Below, piece after piece: positions 16,851-27,764 of a DNA stretch of 64,000 bases. Each line of letters begins with the position of its first letter. Positions within the stretch are counted from its first letter, which is position 1. The position numbers and the translations under genes are program-made. The notes beneath the pieces are model-generated. The model saw only the letters and a list, made by a program, of their open reading frames with translations. It searched no databases and was not told the origin of the DNA. Source of the DNA: Hyphomicrobium sp. (lineage in GTDB: Bacteria; Pseudomonadota; Alphaproteobacteria; Rhizobiales; Hyphomicrobiaceae); the NCBI RefSeq assembly GCF_051860585.1, contig NZ_JBHYDS010000011.1, positions 27,093 through 91,092 on the forward strand, read 5' to 3'.

Positions 16851-17666
16851 TTAGACCGGCAGCTCATTAAATTTCCGGATGCTCTTGTCGACCATGGATT
16901 CGGGAAGGAAACGACGCAGGAAGCGGACTTGGCCGGCCTGTTTTCCAGCCGTATATCGCCTTCTCGGCGTCGCCGTCGTTGCAGCCTTCACAACCGCATC
17001 TGCGACAATGTCGGGTGCATCTCCGGTTTCTATGAATTTCCGCATCAACGCTGCCATGCGGTCGCGAACGACTTCATAGATGGGAAGTGGTTGGTCTGGC
17101 TTCGTGATGTTTTCTTCGAAGGCCGTACGGGTAACGCCGGGCTCGACGAGTACAACACGAATTCCGAGGGTGCGAAGTTCGTGGTCGAGGGATTCAGAAT
17201 AGCCTTCTATGGCGTGCTTCGTCGATGCATAGAGGGCATTGTAGGGAGCCGGGACGAGGCCTAGGACGGAACTCACGTTGATGATCCGGCCTACTCCTTG
17301 ACGGTGCATCGTCGGTAACACGGCGTTCGTCATTCGGAGGACGCCGAAGACATTGACGTCGAACAGTGCCTGGGCCTGGGCAATTGAGGATTCTTCTGCG
17401 CCGCCGAGCAAACCGATGCCGGCATTGTTGACGAGGAGATCTATGCGCCCGGCCTTGGACAGCACTTCATCAACGAGCTTGGTAACGGATGCGTCATCGG
17501 TGACGTCGCAGGTCAGCATGGTGACGCCGTCGGTCCTTTCGGCGGCAGCGCGACGGCCGGTTCCGAACACGCGAAAACCCGCGTTCTGCAGGGCTTGAGC
17601 CGTCACCCGTCCAATGCCTGTGGATGCGCCCGTGACAATCGCTACGCCATTTTTAGTCTTGCTCAT
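16851..17666 (-). CDS. Short-chain dehydrogenase/reductase
   Basis: TGASTGIG, NNAG, YASTK. Confidence 0.95.
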   Translation of the reverse strand: MSKTKNGVAIVTGASTGIGRVTAQALQNAGFRVFGTGRRAAAERTDGVTMLTCDVTDDASVTKLVDEVLSKAGRIDLLVNNAGIGLLGGAEESSIAQAQALFDVNVFGVLRMTNAVLPTMHRQGVGRIINVSSVLGLVPAPYNALYASTKHAIEGYSESLDHELRTLGIRVVLVEPGVTRTAFEENITKPDQPLPIYEVVRDRMAALMRKFIETGDAPDIVADAVVKAATTATPRRRYTAGKQAGQVRFLRRFLPESMVDKSIRKFNELPV

Positions 17667-17717
17667 GGAATCGTACTCGCTCTGTTGAGGATGTCATTGT
17701 CTCGATGTGACATTCGT

Positions 17718-20700
17718 TCAAATGGAAGCCCCGATTATTCGACTTGATCCCAACGGTTTCTCATGTCGTGGCAACATGAGTGTCACTTCCGCACTCGGAC
17801 GTCGGACCCGGAACCAAGCCGCATAGAGGGCGGGGAGGAATAGTAGCGTCAGGATTGTCGCCACCAGCAGCCCGCCCATCATGGTGATCGCCATCGGACC
17901 CCAGAACACGGACCGCGACAGTGGGATCATGGCCAGGATGGCGGCCAGCGCCGTCAGCACCAGCGGACGCGAGCGGCGCACCGTCGATTCGATGATCGCA
18001 TCCCAACGCGTGAGGCCAGACGTTACGTCCGCATCAATCTGATCCACCAGAATGACGGTGTTGCGCATGATCATGCCGGCGAGGGCAATAAGTCCGAGCA
18101 GCGCCACGAAACCGAACGGCGCATTGAACGCGAGCAGCGAAAAGCTCGCGCCTATGATGCCCAAGGGCGCTGTCGAGAACACCAGAAACAGCGTCGAAAA
18201 GCTCTGCAACTGCACCATGAGAAGGGTCAGCATGACCAGGAACATCAGCGGGAATATCTTGAACAGAGCCGCATTGGCCTTGGCGCTTTCTTCTACCGCG
18301 CCGCCGACCTCGATGCGGATGCCAGGCGACAGCGTGGCGGCGATCGCGTCGATGGCCGGCTGGATCTGCGCCGTCACATCGGGAGCCTGCATGCCGGGCG
18401 CGATGTCGGACCGGACCGTCAGAACCACGTCGCGGTTGCGCCGCCACAGGATCGGCTCCTCGAACCCGTAGTGCACGCGCGCCACCTGGGTAATGGGTAC
18501 CGCAGCGCCCGAGCGCGTCGGAATGGTGAGGTCTTCGAACGAGCCAAGACCCAGACGCTCATCCGGAATGGCGCGGGCGACGACCGGCACCAGCTCGATG
18601 CCTTCCTTGTACTCCGTCACCGTATAGCCGGAGAGGAGAGTTTCGAGCGTCTGCGCGATGTCCTGCGGCGTCAGACCCAGCGAGCGAGCGCGATCCTGGT
18701 CGACTTCGAGCCGGATGGATTTCTTCTGCTCGTTCCAGTCGAACTGAACGTCGCGCGTATTCGGATTGGCGCGCATGGCGATGCGCACCTTGTCGGCCAC
18801 CGCGCGCACGCTGTCGCTGTCGGGCCCGAGCACGCGGAACTGCACCGGGAAGCCGACCGGCGGCCCGAAGTTCAGCCGGTCGATCCTGAGGCGAGCTTCC
18901 GGAATGACGTTGTCGGCAACAAGCCCCTCGAGGCGGGTCTTGAGCCGCTCTCGCGCCTCCGCACCCTTCGTCATCATCACGATGAGTGCGAAGTTCTCGT
19001 TCGGCAGCACTGGATTCAAGGCCAGGAAGAAGCGTGGCGAGCCTTCGCCGATATAGGTCGTGTAGTATTCGAGATCCGGGTCGCCCTTGATCAGCGCTTC
19101 CGCCTTCTTGGCGGCAACTTCCGTGACGCCGATGGAGGTGCCCTCGGGCATGCGGATCTCGATGAAGAGCTCCGGGCGCGAGGAGGTCGGAAAGAACTGC
19201 TGCTGGACTTGCGTGAACGCCGCGATGGCCGCGACGAACGCTCCAAGCGTGAACCCGATGACCACCCACCGGAAGCGCACGGACCAACCGACCGAGCGGC
19301 GGAGAGCGCGATAGAGCCGCGTGTCGTAGAGGTCGTGCGAGGTATGTGCTGCGCCGTGCTTCGCAAAGTCCGGCAGAAATTTGACGCCGATGTAGGGCGT
19401 GAAGATCACGGCCACGATCCACGACACGACAAGCGCGAGGCCGACGATCCAGAAGATGTTGCCGGCGTATTCTCCGGCGGTAGATTGCGCCAAGCCGACA
19501 GGGAGGAAGCCGGCCGCAGTCACGAGCGTGCCGGTCAGCATGGGGAAAGCGGTCGAGTCCCAGGCAAAGGCCGCGGCCTGCATGCGGTTCCAGCCTTGCT
19601 CCATTTTGACGACCATCATCTCGACGGCAATGATCGCATCGTCGACCAGCAGGCCGAGTGCGATGATGAGCGAGCCGAGGGTAATGCGGTCGAGATTGAC
19701 GCCGGCGACCGACATGACGAGAAGGACGACCGCGAGCACGAGCGGCACGGACGTCGCCACCACGAGGCCGGAGCGCCATCCGAGCGAGATGAAGCTGACG
19801 ACGAGCACGATGCCGAGCGCCTCGACGAATGAGCGCAGAAACTCGCTGACCGATTCTTCGACGACCTGCGGCTGATCGGTGATCTGGTCGATCTCGACAC
19901 CGGTCGGCACCTGCATCTTGGCGTCTGCGATCGCTTCCTTGAGCCGCTGACCGAGCTCAAGCACGTTTGCGCCCGTGGTCATGGCGACGACCACTCCCAC
20001 GGCTTCGACCCCGTTGTGGCGCACGATGCTGCTGGGCGGATCCTCATAGCCGCGCCTGACTGTGGCAATGTCGCCGAGCCGGAACGTGGTTCCGCCGGCT
20101 TCGATCGGCACCTCCGCGATGGCCGCTTCGCCTTTGAAGGCGCCGGTGACACGAACGTCGATGCGATCGGCGCTGGTCTCGACCGTGCCGGCAGCCGTCA
20201 CCGCATTCTGGCGCGCGACGCTGTCGAAAATGGTCTGCGGTGTGATGCCGAGCGTCGCCAGCTTGCGATGGCTAAATTCGATGAAGATGCGCTGTTCGCG
20301 CACGCCGACGATATCGACCTTGGAAACGCCGGGCGTGCGGAGCAGACGCTGGCGCACGATCTCTGCATAGTCCTTGAGCTTAGCGAGCGACACGTCCGCG
20401 CCCGACAGCATGTAGACGGCGGAATAGACGTCGCCGTACTCGTCGTTGAAGAACGGGCCTTGCACGCCTTGCGGCAGAGTCGAGCGGCTGTCGTTGAGCT
20501 TCTTGCGCACTTGATACCAAGCGTCGTCCACGGACTTGGCCCGCGCCAGATCTTTGAGCTGGACTTGAATGACCGTGACGCCGGGACGCGTGTAGGTCTT
20601 CACGTAATCGAAGAGCTCGAGCTCCTGGAGGCGTTTCTCGAGCTTGTCTGCGACCTGATCCTGCATCTCCTCGGCGGTCGCGCCCGGCCACGCAGCCGAG

Positions 20701-20876
20701 ATGATCATCGTCTTGATCGCAAATGTCGGATCCTCGGCGCGGCCGAGGTTAAGGTAACTCATCAGGCCTGCAATCGAGAACACGATGATAAAAAATAGCA
20801 CCAAAGCCGGATGAGCGACCGCCCAGGCGGAAAGATTGCCACGCGAGACGTGCTCGGGATCTGTAGGAGCGGTCAC
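17718..20876 (-). CDS. RND efflux permease (AcrB family)
   Basis: GRAEDP, ALGLLVDDAII, FPMLTGTL, IMRNTVILVD, RSRPLVLT; GTG start overlaps the MFP stop. Confidence 0.95.
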   Translation of the reverse strand: MTAPTDPEHVSRGNLSAWAVAHPALVLFFIIVFSIAGLMSYLNLGRAEDPTFAIKTMIISAAWPGATAEEMQDQVADKLEKRLQELELFDYVKTYTRPGVTVIQVQLKDLARAKSVDDAWYQVRKKLNDSRSTLPQGVQGPFFNDEYGDVYSAVYMLSGADVSLAKLKDYAEIVRQRLLRTPGVSKVDIVGVREQRIFIEFSHRKLATLGITPQTIFDSVARQNAVTAAGTVETSADRIDVRVTGAFKGEAAIAEVPIEAGGTTFRLGDIATVRRGYEDPPSSIVRHNGVEAVGVVVAMTTGANVLELGQRLKEAIADAKMQVPTGVEIDQITDQPQVVEESVSEFLRSFVEALGIVLVVSFISLGWRSGLVVATSVPLVLAVVLLVMSVAGVNLDRITLGSLIIALGLLVDDAIIAVEMMVVKMEQGWNRMQAAAFAWDSTAFPMLTGTLVTAAGFLPVGLAQSTAGEYAGNIFWIVGLALVVSWIVAVIFTPYIGVKFLPDFAKHGAAHTSHDLYDTRLYRALRRSVGWSVRFRWVVIGFTLGAFVAAIAAFTQVQQQFFPTSSRPELFIEIRMPEGTSIGVTEVAAKKAEALIKGDPDLEYYTTYIGEGSPRFFLALNPVLPNENFALIVMMTKGAEARERLKTRLEGLVADNVIPEARLRIDRLNFGPPVGFPVQFRVLGPDSDSVRAVADKVRIAMRANPNTRDVQFDWNEQKKSIRLEVDQDRARSLGLTPQDIAQTLETLLSGYTVTEYKEGIELVPVVARAIPDERLGLGSFEDLTIPTRSGAAVPITQVARVHYGFEEPILWRRNRDVVLTVRSDIAPGMQAPDVTAQIQPAIDAIAATLSPGIRIEVGGAVEESAKANAALFKIFPLMFLVMLTLLMVQLQSFSTLFLVFSTAPLGIIGASFSLLAFNAPFGFVALLGLIALAGMIMRNTVILVDQIDADVTSGLTRWDAIIESTVRRSRPLVLTALAAILAMIPLSRSVFWGPMAITMMGGLLVATILTLLFLPALYAAWFRVRRPSAEVTLMLPRHEKPLGSSRIIGASI

Positions 20877-22000
20877 GGCGCGACCTCCACGATGCGCACC
20901 GGAATTCCGGCGTCTAGTTTGTGCACGCCCGCCGCAACCACTTTTTGGCCGGCCGATAGTCCGCTCGCGATGATCGCGGACGTTTCGGTCCACGCGCTGA
21001 CCTCGACACCGGTCTTGATCAGGCGTCCGTGAGCTTCATCGATGAGCCACACCGAAGCCTGGCCCTGGTCCTTGAATACCGCGGCCAGGGGAAGCGCGGC
21101 CCGGAGGCTGTTGCTGCGGTTGGAAAGGTGCACGGTGGCTGTCTTGCCGAGGGCGATCGTCGCATTGGGCTTCACCAGCGAATACCGGGCCTGATAGGTG
21201 CGCGTTGCCGGATCTGCCTGCGGAGATATCTCGCGCAGCTTGGCGTCATAGACGCGATCGGCGTCCGCCCAAAGCGTGACGGTTGCCGTGGCGTTAGGGT
21301 CTCCGTCTATGCGGCTTTCAGGGATCGCGACGACCGCCTCCAGCTCATCGAGACGCGCGACGCGCGCGATCATTTGCCCCGCGCTGACGACTTGCCCGAC
21401 CTCGACCGGGAGCGCGGTGATGATGCCGCCTTCCGTGGCGACGAGGTCCGTATAGGCGAGCTGGTTATTCGCGAGAGCGAGCGATCTCTCAGCCCGCTCC
21501 GCGCGGCCGCGCGCTTCGTCGGCGGCGGCCTTCTTCTGATCGTAGCTGGCGTCGCTGACCCACGTCTTCTTGTTGAGCGCCGCGTAGCGGGCTTCGTCGG
21601 AGTCCGCCTGTTTGAGGTTGCTTTGCGCGGCTTTGAGCTCGGCCTCGGCAGATTCGAGCGAGAGCCGGTAGTCCGTCGCGTCGAGACGGGCGAGGGTCAT
21701 GCCGGGCGTCACCGCATCGCCGATGTTGACGAAGCGCGCGACGATCTTGCCCGCGACGCGGAAGCCGAGATCGCTCTCGTAGCGCGGTTTGACGGTACCC
21801 GTGTAGGAGCGCGTGTCAGTAGAGGCGGAAAGGACCACTGTTGCGGCACGCACCGGCTGAGGCGCGGCTACATACGGCGCGCCTTCGCTTTTGCAGCCGG
21901 ACAGCCCAGCGGAGAGAACCAGGAGCGCGCCGGCTCTGAAAGCGGTGCGCGCGAGGCGCGGCTGTCCATTGCTGAACCGGAATACGGATGTCGCACTCAT
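20873..22000 (-). CDS. RND periplasmic adaptor (membrane fusion protein)
   Basis: Lipoprotein cysteine (LSGC), GFRVAGKI, biotinyl-lipoyl-like and beta-barrel segments. Confidence 0.93.
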   Translation of the reverse strand: MSATSVFRFSNGQPRLARTAFRAGALLVLSAGLSGCKSEGAPYVAAPQPVRAATVVLSASTDTRSYTGTVKPRYESDLGFRVAGKIVARFVNIGDAVTPGMTLARLDATDYRLSLESAEAELKAAQSNLKQADSDEARYAALNKKTWVSDASYDQKKAAADEARGRAERAERSLALANNQLAYTDLVATEGGIITALPVEVGQVVSAGQMIARVARLDELEAVVAIPESRIDGDPNATATVTLWADADRVYDAKLREISPQADPATRTYQARYSLVKPNATIALGKTATVHLSNRSNSLRAALPLAAVFKDQGQASVWLIDEAHGRLIKTGVEVSAWTETSAIIASGLSAGQKVVAAGVHKLDAGIPVRIVEVAP

Positions 22001-22050
22001 TTAAGACCCCATCGCTGTGTCGGCCGAAGAGAACGAGCGTGTCAACTTGC

Positions 22051-22155
22051 AAGTTAGCGTCGCTTACTTAAGTGAGTATCACTAACTTTGCAAGCGGAAA
22101 TCGGCGCGAGGAGACAAAAGTTAGGCGAGCTAACTTAAGTTAGATATGCTAACTT
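22051..22155. promoter_or_regulatory. Four 19-bp palindromic TetR operators (AAGTTAG-N5-CTAACTT)
   Basis: Copies at 22051-69, 22070-88, 22118-36 and 22137-55, between divergent MFP and TetR genes. Confidence 0.85.
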
Positions 22156-22192
22156 ATTGGCTCGCCAGCCGATGGCATCGGGAAAGTTCGTT

Positions 22193-22852
22193 ATGGCAAA
22201 AGCGCAAAAACAAACCGCCGTACGCCCAAAAAGGAGCTTCCACCACGGTGACCTTCGCGAGGCGCTGATCGCCGCGACGCGTGAGCTTCTGATCGAGCAT
22301 GGCCCCGATGGCTTCACGCTGGCCGACGCTTGCCGCCGCGCCGGCGTCACCACCGCTGCGCCCTACAAGCATTTCCGCGACAAACAGGAGATCCTGGAGG
22401 AGATCGTAGCGCGAGGCTTCGAAGAATTGACGGCCGCCAATGCCAGGGCTGTTGCCGAAGGCGGGCCTGGCACGATCGCTGGTATCACGGCCATGGGCAT
22501 CTCTTATCTCGAATTCGCCGTTGCCCAGCCTGCCATTTTCCGACTCATGTTCGGCCACAAATCCGAACTGAGGAAGGTCAAACAGGTCGATGAGAGCGGC
22601 AATCAGTGCTTGAAAGGCGTGATCGATGAGGTCGCAGCCTACAGCCGCAAGCACGGGCACACCGCCGACGCGGAGGCAATCGCGCTCAGGCTTTGGACGT
22701 TCGTGCACGGCGCGTCGTCACTCGAGCTCGACGGCGACTATGAACGTGTCGCGCCGGGTCTCGACGTTTACAAGCTGATCGCTGACGTAACGCCGAGACT
22801 CCTAGGTGCCGGTCAGGCAGTTCGCTCCACGGCACGCCGCAAGACGCGCTGA
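22193..22852 (+). CDS. TetR family regulator
   Basis: FHHGDLREALI..GPDGFTLADACRRAGVTTAAPYKHF; W.FVHG C-terminal motif. Confidence 0.95.
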   Translation: MAKAQKQTAVRPKRSFHHGDLREALIAATRELLIEHGPDGFTLADACRRAGVTTAAPYKHFRDKQEILEEIVARGFEELTAANARAVAEGGPGTIAGITAMGISYLEFAVAQPAIFRLMFGHKSELRKVKQVDESGNQCLKGVIDEVAAYSRKHGHTADAEAIALRLWTFVHGASSLELDGDYERVAPGLDVYKLIADVTPRLLGAGQAVRSTARRKTR

Positions 22853-23194
22853 TCTGTGGGCGCCCAGGATCTCGGGGGGGCTGCCCCGCAACGTCCGTTC
22901 CTGGCCCTTAGCGCCGGACACTCGACGGAAGCTATCGGATCACCTCGAGCCTCGACATGCTGTGGCCAGGAGGCGTGGCTGCCTCGGCAGCGTCGACGAT
23001 CGGTCCCAAAAGCGGAAGTCTGACGACGATCACCGCTTGTTTGTTCCGCTTATCTATTCAGCGTCTGCTTTTGTGTGATGGTCGGTCATCGACGGCATTC
23101 GTGAGAACCACCAAAATGTCTAAGTCATCGAAATTATTGGCGCTCCGGATGAAGATAAAAACTTCTGCTTTCGCATGGAAATTTGGGTAGGCGA

Positions 23195-24049
23195 TCAAGC
23201 CGGCGCAATGAACTTGGCGATTTCGGAGGCGAACTTTTCGGGCGTGTCGTGAGGAATCCAATGAGATGCGTTCTCGACGCGCACCAACTGAGCGTTCGGT
23301 ATTTCACGCGCGAGGCGCTCGCCGTCGCGGATGGTCTGCCACGGGTCGTGAACTCCCCAGAGGCAGAGTGTCTTGGCCTGGATCTCGCCGTGGCGATCCA
23401 CGAGCATGGTCGTGTGGTTGGAGTTAAGTGCGCTGGCGTTGCGGATCATCGAAATTTTACCCTCTTCGTCGTTGTAGGGCGCGACGATGCCGGCGATGAA
23501 CGCGGGCGTGAGGCGGTCCGCATTGAATAACCCATCGGGCAGTCCGGAGGCGAGGAAGTCGCAGACCTCTTTCGGAGGTTTGGAACGCCAACTCGGATTG
23601 CCGAGCGCGATCATGTCGTCGATAGGCCAGGAATCGTAGGCCACGACGTTGGTCAGAACGAGCTTATCGACGCGTTCGGGATGATGGATTCCCATGATGA
23701 GCGCGACGCCGCCACCCGTGTCGTGTCCGACGATATGCGCACGATCGACCCCGAGATGATCCATGAAGCGCAAAATCATCGCCGTCTGCGCCAAAAGTGA
23801 GCGATCGAAGAAATCGCGCTTGTCGGAGTAGCCATGCCCGAGGAAATCGGGTGCGATGACGTGCGCGTGCGACGCCAGGAGCGGGATGACGTCGTGATAG
23901 AGGTATGACCAGGTTGGAATTCCATGCAGGAGGATGATCGGCGCGCCGTGGCCGGATTCGGTCCATGCGACTTTCAGCGGACGGTGACTTAGGCCTTCGA
24001 GTTCGGCGGTCTTTTGACCGCTCTGGAACGCCACGTGTGGATGCTGCAC
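23195..24049 (-). CDS. Alpha/beta hydrolase (epoxide hydrolase/dehalogenase-like)
   Basis: LLHGIPTWSYLY, APDFLGHG, GHDTGG (Asp nucleophile), ASHW. Confidence 0.9.
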   Translation of the reverse strand: MQHPHVAFQSGQKTAELEGLSHRPLKVAWTESGHGAPIILLHGIPTWSYLYHDVIPLLASHAHVIAPDFLGHGYSDKRDFFDRSLLAQTAMILRFMDHLGVDRAHIVGHDTGGGVALIMGIHHPERVDKLVLTNVVAYDSWPIDDMIALGNPSWRSKPPKEVCDFLASGLPDGLFNADRLTPAFIAGIVAPYNDEEGKISMIRNASALNSNHTTMLVDRHGEIQAKTLCLWGVHDPWQTIRDGERLAREIPNAQLVRVENASHWIPHDTPEKFASEIAKFIAPA

Positions 24050-24100
24050 CGATTGCCTCTATCTGTCCTGGGCGTAAAGTATGCCGTGCCGTGCCGGTCC

Positions 24101-24904
24101 TTAGTACTGTTCCGATTTCTCCGACACTTCCTGATACCACTTGCTCCGCGTGCCAATGACCGAGCGCATTTTCCAGCCGATCGTCTTTGGCGCGCTTTCG
24201 ATCTTTTGCAGGAGCTCGTCGATACGCGATCGTATCAGCTCGGCGTCGGCGGGCTTGATCGAAGGGAACTCATGAAGGTATTCGGGCACGCGCTTCATAT
24301 TGGTCGTGAAGGTGTAGTAGAATCCCCAGTCCCTGCGCATCATGTCGACGATGTAATCCGTATCGATGGACTTGTGCCCCGGCTGTTGATGCGACAGCGG
24401 ATGCTCGAGCATCAACACGATGGTGTCCTTGAAGTCCTTGAGGTTGATTTCAACGATCTGCATCTTCTCGAGCAGAAGATCGGTATTGCAAATCGTGGGA
24501 CTGTCGATGTGTAGGCGACCCTTGAACGGGACCTTGTGACAAAAATTGAGCTCGTCGGCGAACACGTCGACGTTGAGCTTCGTATCCTTGTGCAGATAGA
24601 TGTGGCGTGACCCCTCCGAGGCGACATATACGCCCTCGTCGGGCACGTATCCGCGCGCCATGAGGAACTCGCGGATGGCGCGATTCTGCGTTTTCTCCGC
24701 TCCGAAGTCGACGTCCGTGAGCACGCGTTTCATGTCCTGAAACAGGTGCAGGTTGTTCGGGCATTGCAGCCGGTAGGCAATGGATCCGAGAATGCGGAGC
24801 CGTATGCCCTTCGCCTCCGCCTCGCGCACGAGGATCAGGGCTTCATCCACAAACTCGAGATTGAGACCCGGGTCATTGCTCATCTGGTTCACATCTGCCT
24901 CCAA
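24101..24904 (-). CDS. Uncharacterised nucleotidyltransferase-fold protein
   Basis: LRILGSIA..LTDVDF..NVDVF pattern (GS + DxD + third Asp). Confidence 0.55.
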   Translation of the reverse strand: MEADVNQMSNDPGLNLEFVDEALILVREAEAKGIRLRILGSIAYRLQCPNNLHLFQDMKRVLTDVDFGAEKTQNRAIREFLMARGYVPDEGVYVASEGSRHIYLHKDTKLNVDVFADELNFCHKVPFKGRLHIDSPTICNTDLLLEKMQIVEINLKDFKDTIVLMLEHPLSHQQPGHKSIDTDYIVDMMRRDWGFYYTFTTNMKRVPEYLHEFPSIKPADAELIRSRIDELLQKIESAPKTIGWKMRSVIGTRSKWYQEVSEKSEQY

Positions 24905-25080
24905 GAGTGCGCCGTCTTATTGAAAATGCGGATCGCGCGAGATCTCGCGTGCCCATCGTCGATCTCAGATGTGGCGGCCCGGCGTTTGGCTGGGCCGCCA
25001 CATTGAGGAGGGTGACAGGGAGCGGGGAGCAATCCTCTCTCTACATCCTCGAACGGTGTAGCTTCATATGCGATCAAGGT

Positions 25081-26703
25081 TCATTCGATCGGGATCTCCT
25101 TGAATGCGAGCGTGACGTCGATGCCCTGCGCAGCCCGTATCATCTTCATGATGAAGTAGAAGACGAGACCGAACGCGAACACACCCCCGACAATCGCAAC
25201 CTGCGCCGGGTCGTGGCCCGCCGCGACCGGATCGGAATACAGCGTCCAGAAGAAGAATTGGGATCCCAGGAAGCCGAGGAAACACGTCACCGACATGATC
25301 GGCAGGCCGAGGAACTTGCGGCCGGCAATCGGAGACTTCTCGTAGATGTGCGGCCTGAGATACGGGAAGAAGACGCCCGCCAGCAGCACCACGGACCATG
25401 CGAGAAGCGCGGCCTCGATGAAGATGACCACCTTCGAGAACCACGGCACGAACACGAATGCCGCCATTCCGAGGATGGTGACGATGCAGGTCACGATGAT
25501 CGCAACGACCGGCGTATGGTGCGTCTCGGAGATCCGAGCGAGAGGAGACGGTGCGACCCGGTCGAACGCCCAGGCGACAACCGCACGAACGCCGAAGGTT
25601 TGCATCGCCGGAATCCACATCCACATCCAGAGCGCAAGCCCAAGGCTTGTGATGACGGTGATGAGAGGCGATTTCGTCAGCACGCCCGTGAGCAGAGCCA
25701 CGGCCGGATCGGTCGGCGTCGTGAGACCGCCGTTAGCGCTCAGAAGGTTGAAGACGGCAGTGCCGAGGAACTCGAAACCGAAGACCTTGAGCGCGAAGTA
25801 GATCGTCGTCATCCAGAAGAGGGTGGCCAGGAGCACGGCGCCGAGCATGCCCCACTTCTGGGATTTTTCGACCGACTTGATCTCGCCGCCGATGGCGATC
25901 GAGAATGCGGCACCGATGAGCGGCAGGAACGGCCAGTTGGAGACCAGGATGGTCTGCCCCCAATCGAAGCCCTCATTGCCCCAGCCCTTCTCCTTGCCGC
26001 TGGCGATGATCGCATTGTAGGCGTCAGGCACGCCCAGAGCCGGCCCGAAGAGCTCGTTCACGTGGGCGACGAACTCCTCGCGCGTGCCCATGGCGAGCGT
26101 CGCGATCAGCAGGATCGAACTGGCCATAGCCAGTACGAAAACCCACTTGTTGACGGCCAGGAAGAAGCGCATGCCCATCGACAGAATAACGGCCGATAGC
26201 GCCAGGATCGCCGAGCCGATCGCGAAGGTGACCCAGGGTGTAAGCATCCAAGTCGATATCTCGGTGAACGTCGCCGTTCCGGTCAGCAAACCGAGCGCGG
26301 CGAACATTGGCGCGAGCGCCAACGTCACGATCCAGTAAGCGGCAATGGCGCAGTAGAAGAGCCAGGCCGTGATTTCGACCAGGCTGAGCGTGAGCGCCAG
26401 TGACGGCGGAAGGATGCGGGACGCGAAGACATAGATGCCGCCGGACCGCGGCAGCGTGACGGTCCAGGATATGAAGCCGAGCGAGATCATAGCCATGGCG
26501 ATGCCGGCGATCACGCAGCCGATGAGCAGGTTGCCCATCGGGTAGAACGCAGGCCCGTAGTAGAGGATGGTGCCGACGCCGAGCCCGATGCTGACGACGC
26601 CGAGATTGTAGATGAAGGTGTCTAGCCCACTCGCTGTCCTGATTAGGCCTGAAGCCTTCCGCAGAAAGATACGTTTCTCGCCTGGTGCATCCGAAATGGA
26701 CAT
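25081..26703 (-). CDS. APC family amino acid/amine permease
   Basis: FLRKASGLIR, PRSGGIYVFASR, WAFDRVAP, ~12 TM helices. Confidence 0.9.
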   Translation of the reverse strand: MSISDAPGEKRIFLRKASGLIRTASGLDTFIYNLGVVSIGLGVGTILYYGPAFYPMGNLLIGCVIAGIAMAMISLGFISWTVTLPRSGGIYVFASRILPPSLALTLSLVEITAWLFYCAIAAYWIVTLALAPMFAALGLLTGTATFTEISTWMLTPWVTFAIGSAILALSAVILSMGMRFFLAVNKWVFVLAMASSILLIATLAMGTREEFVAHVNELFGPALGVPDAYNAIIASGKEKGWGNEGFDWGQTILVSNWPFLPLIGAAFSIAIGGEIKSVEKSQKWGMLGAVLLATLFWMTTIYFALKVFGFEFLGTAVFNLLSANGGLTTPTDPAVALLTGVLTKSPLITVITSLGLALWMWMWIPAMQTFGVRAVVAWAFDRVAPSPLARISETHHTPVVAIIVTCIVTILGMAAFVFVPWFSKVVIFIEAALLAWSVVLLAGVFFPYLRPHIYEKSPIAGRKFLGLPIMSVTCFLGFLGSQFFFWTLYSDPVAAGHDPAQVAIVGGVFAFGLVFYFIMKMIRAAQGIDVTLAFKEIPIE

Positions 26704-26765
26704 CGACGTCTCCCTTTCCCGACCGTTGCAGCTCTCCCTTTGAGCTCTTTATTCGCTCGTTGATT

Positions 26766-27746
26766 TCAGCCTTGTGTGAGATTGACTGATTTCACTTCTC
26801 CATCCCGCAGTGCGATGACCGCACCCTGCAGAATTCCTTCCGGATAGACGCTGCCCGGATTGATGCAGATCGTCTTGCCGATATTGATTTTCGCGCGTCC
26901 CTCGTGGATGTGCCCATGCAGGCCAAGCAGCGGCTGATGCTGCTTGATGACGTCGACGAGCGTCTGACAGCCCGCGTGCAACTGCGCCGGCATCCCCATC
27001 TCGTAGACAACCTGCATATTCTCATCGAGTTTCGGGCACGCATCGAGCGTCGTGCCGAAGGGCGGCACGTGCACATTGAAGATGCACCGGCTCATGTCCT
27101 TGACCTGAGGAAGGAGCTCGGCGAAGCGGGCGATGTACTGATCTTCGGAGTACTCGCGCTCCGTATCCCACGGCGTCGGAGTGGAGCCGCCGCAGTAGAG
27201 CATCTGGTAGCCGCCCTTGAAGTCACAGACCTGCATCTCGTGGAAATCGAAGTGCGGCGCGCTGGTCAAAATTTCGTCGATCTCGTGGAAGTCGTCGTTG
27301 CCGGGGATGGCGACGAGCGGAATTTCAGTGCCCTTGAGTTTGTCGGCGGCGATGGCCGCCCACTCCCGGATCCGTTCGAGCACCAATGTCTTGAAAAGCG
27401 CATCCTGGGCGTTCTGGTCGCTACTGAGCCGTTGGAACTCAGCTTCCGAGATCACCGTCGGATAGAAGCCCATGTTGGCGTTACGCTTCGAGAAAGCATC
27501 AACCTCAGCCCTGCCTTTGAGGACGTGTGTTTCTCCGTGAAGAAAACTGAGAAACGTCCCGTCTGTCTGTTCGGCGATGGGGATGACGGCCTTACCCGTC
27601 AGATCCCCACCGAGGACCAAAACGTTGGCGCCATAGAATGCCGCGCTGTTGATGAACTTCTTGAAGCAGACCGTGGAGCCGTGGAGATCGGAGGCGAAGA
27701 AGATCTTCACCTCGTCGCCACCGTTAGTTTTCTTTCGCCAGAACAC
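26766..27746 (-). CDS. Metallophosphoesterase (Icc-like)
   Basis: SDLHG, GGDLTG, PGNDD, HVPP, GHIHE, NPGS. Confidence 0.9.
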   Translation of the reverse strand: MFWRKKTNGGDEVKIFFASDLHGSTVCFKKFINSAAFYGANVLVLGGDLTGKAVIPIAEQTDGTFLSFLHGETHVLKGRAEVDAFSKRNANMGFYPTVISEAEFQRLSSDQNAQDALFKTLVLERIREWAAIAADKLKGTEIPLVAIPGNDDFHEIDEILTSAPHFDFHEMQVCDFKGGYQMLYCGGSTPTPWDTEREYSEDQYIARFAELLPQVKDMSRCIFNVHVPPFGTTLDACPKLDENMQVVYEMGMPAQLHAGCQTLVDVIKQHQPLLGLHGHIHEGRAKINIGKTICINPGSVYPEGILQGAVIALRDGEVKSVNLTQG

Positions 27747-27764
27747 AGACGACCTCCGCGCGAG

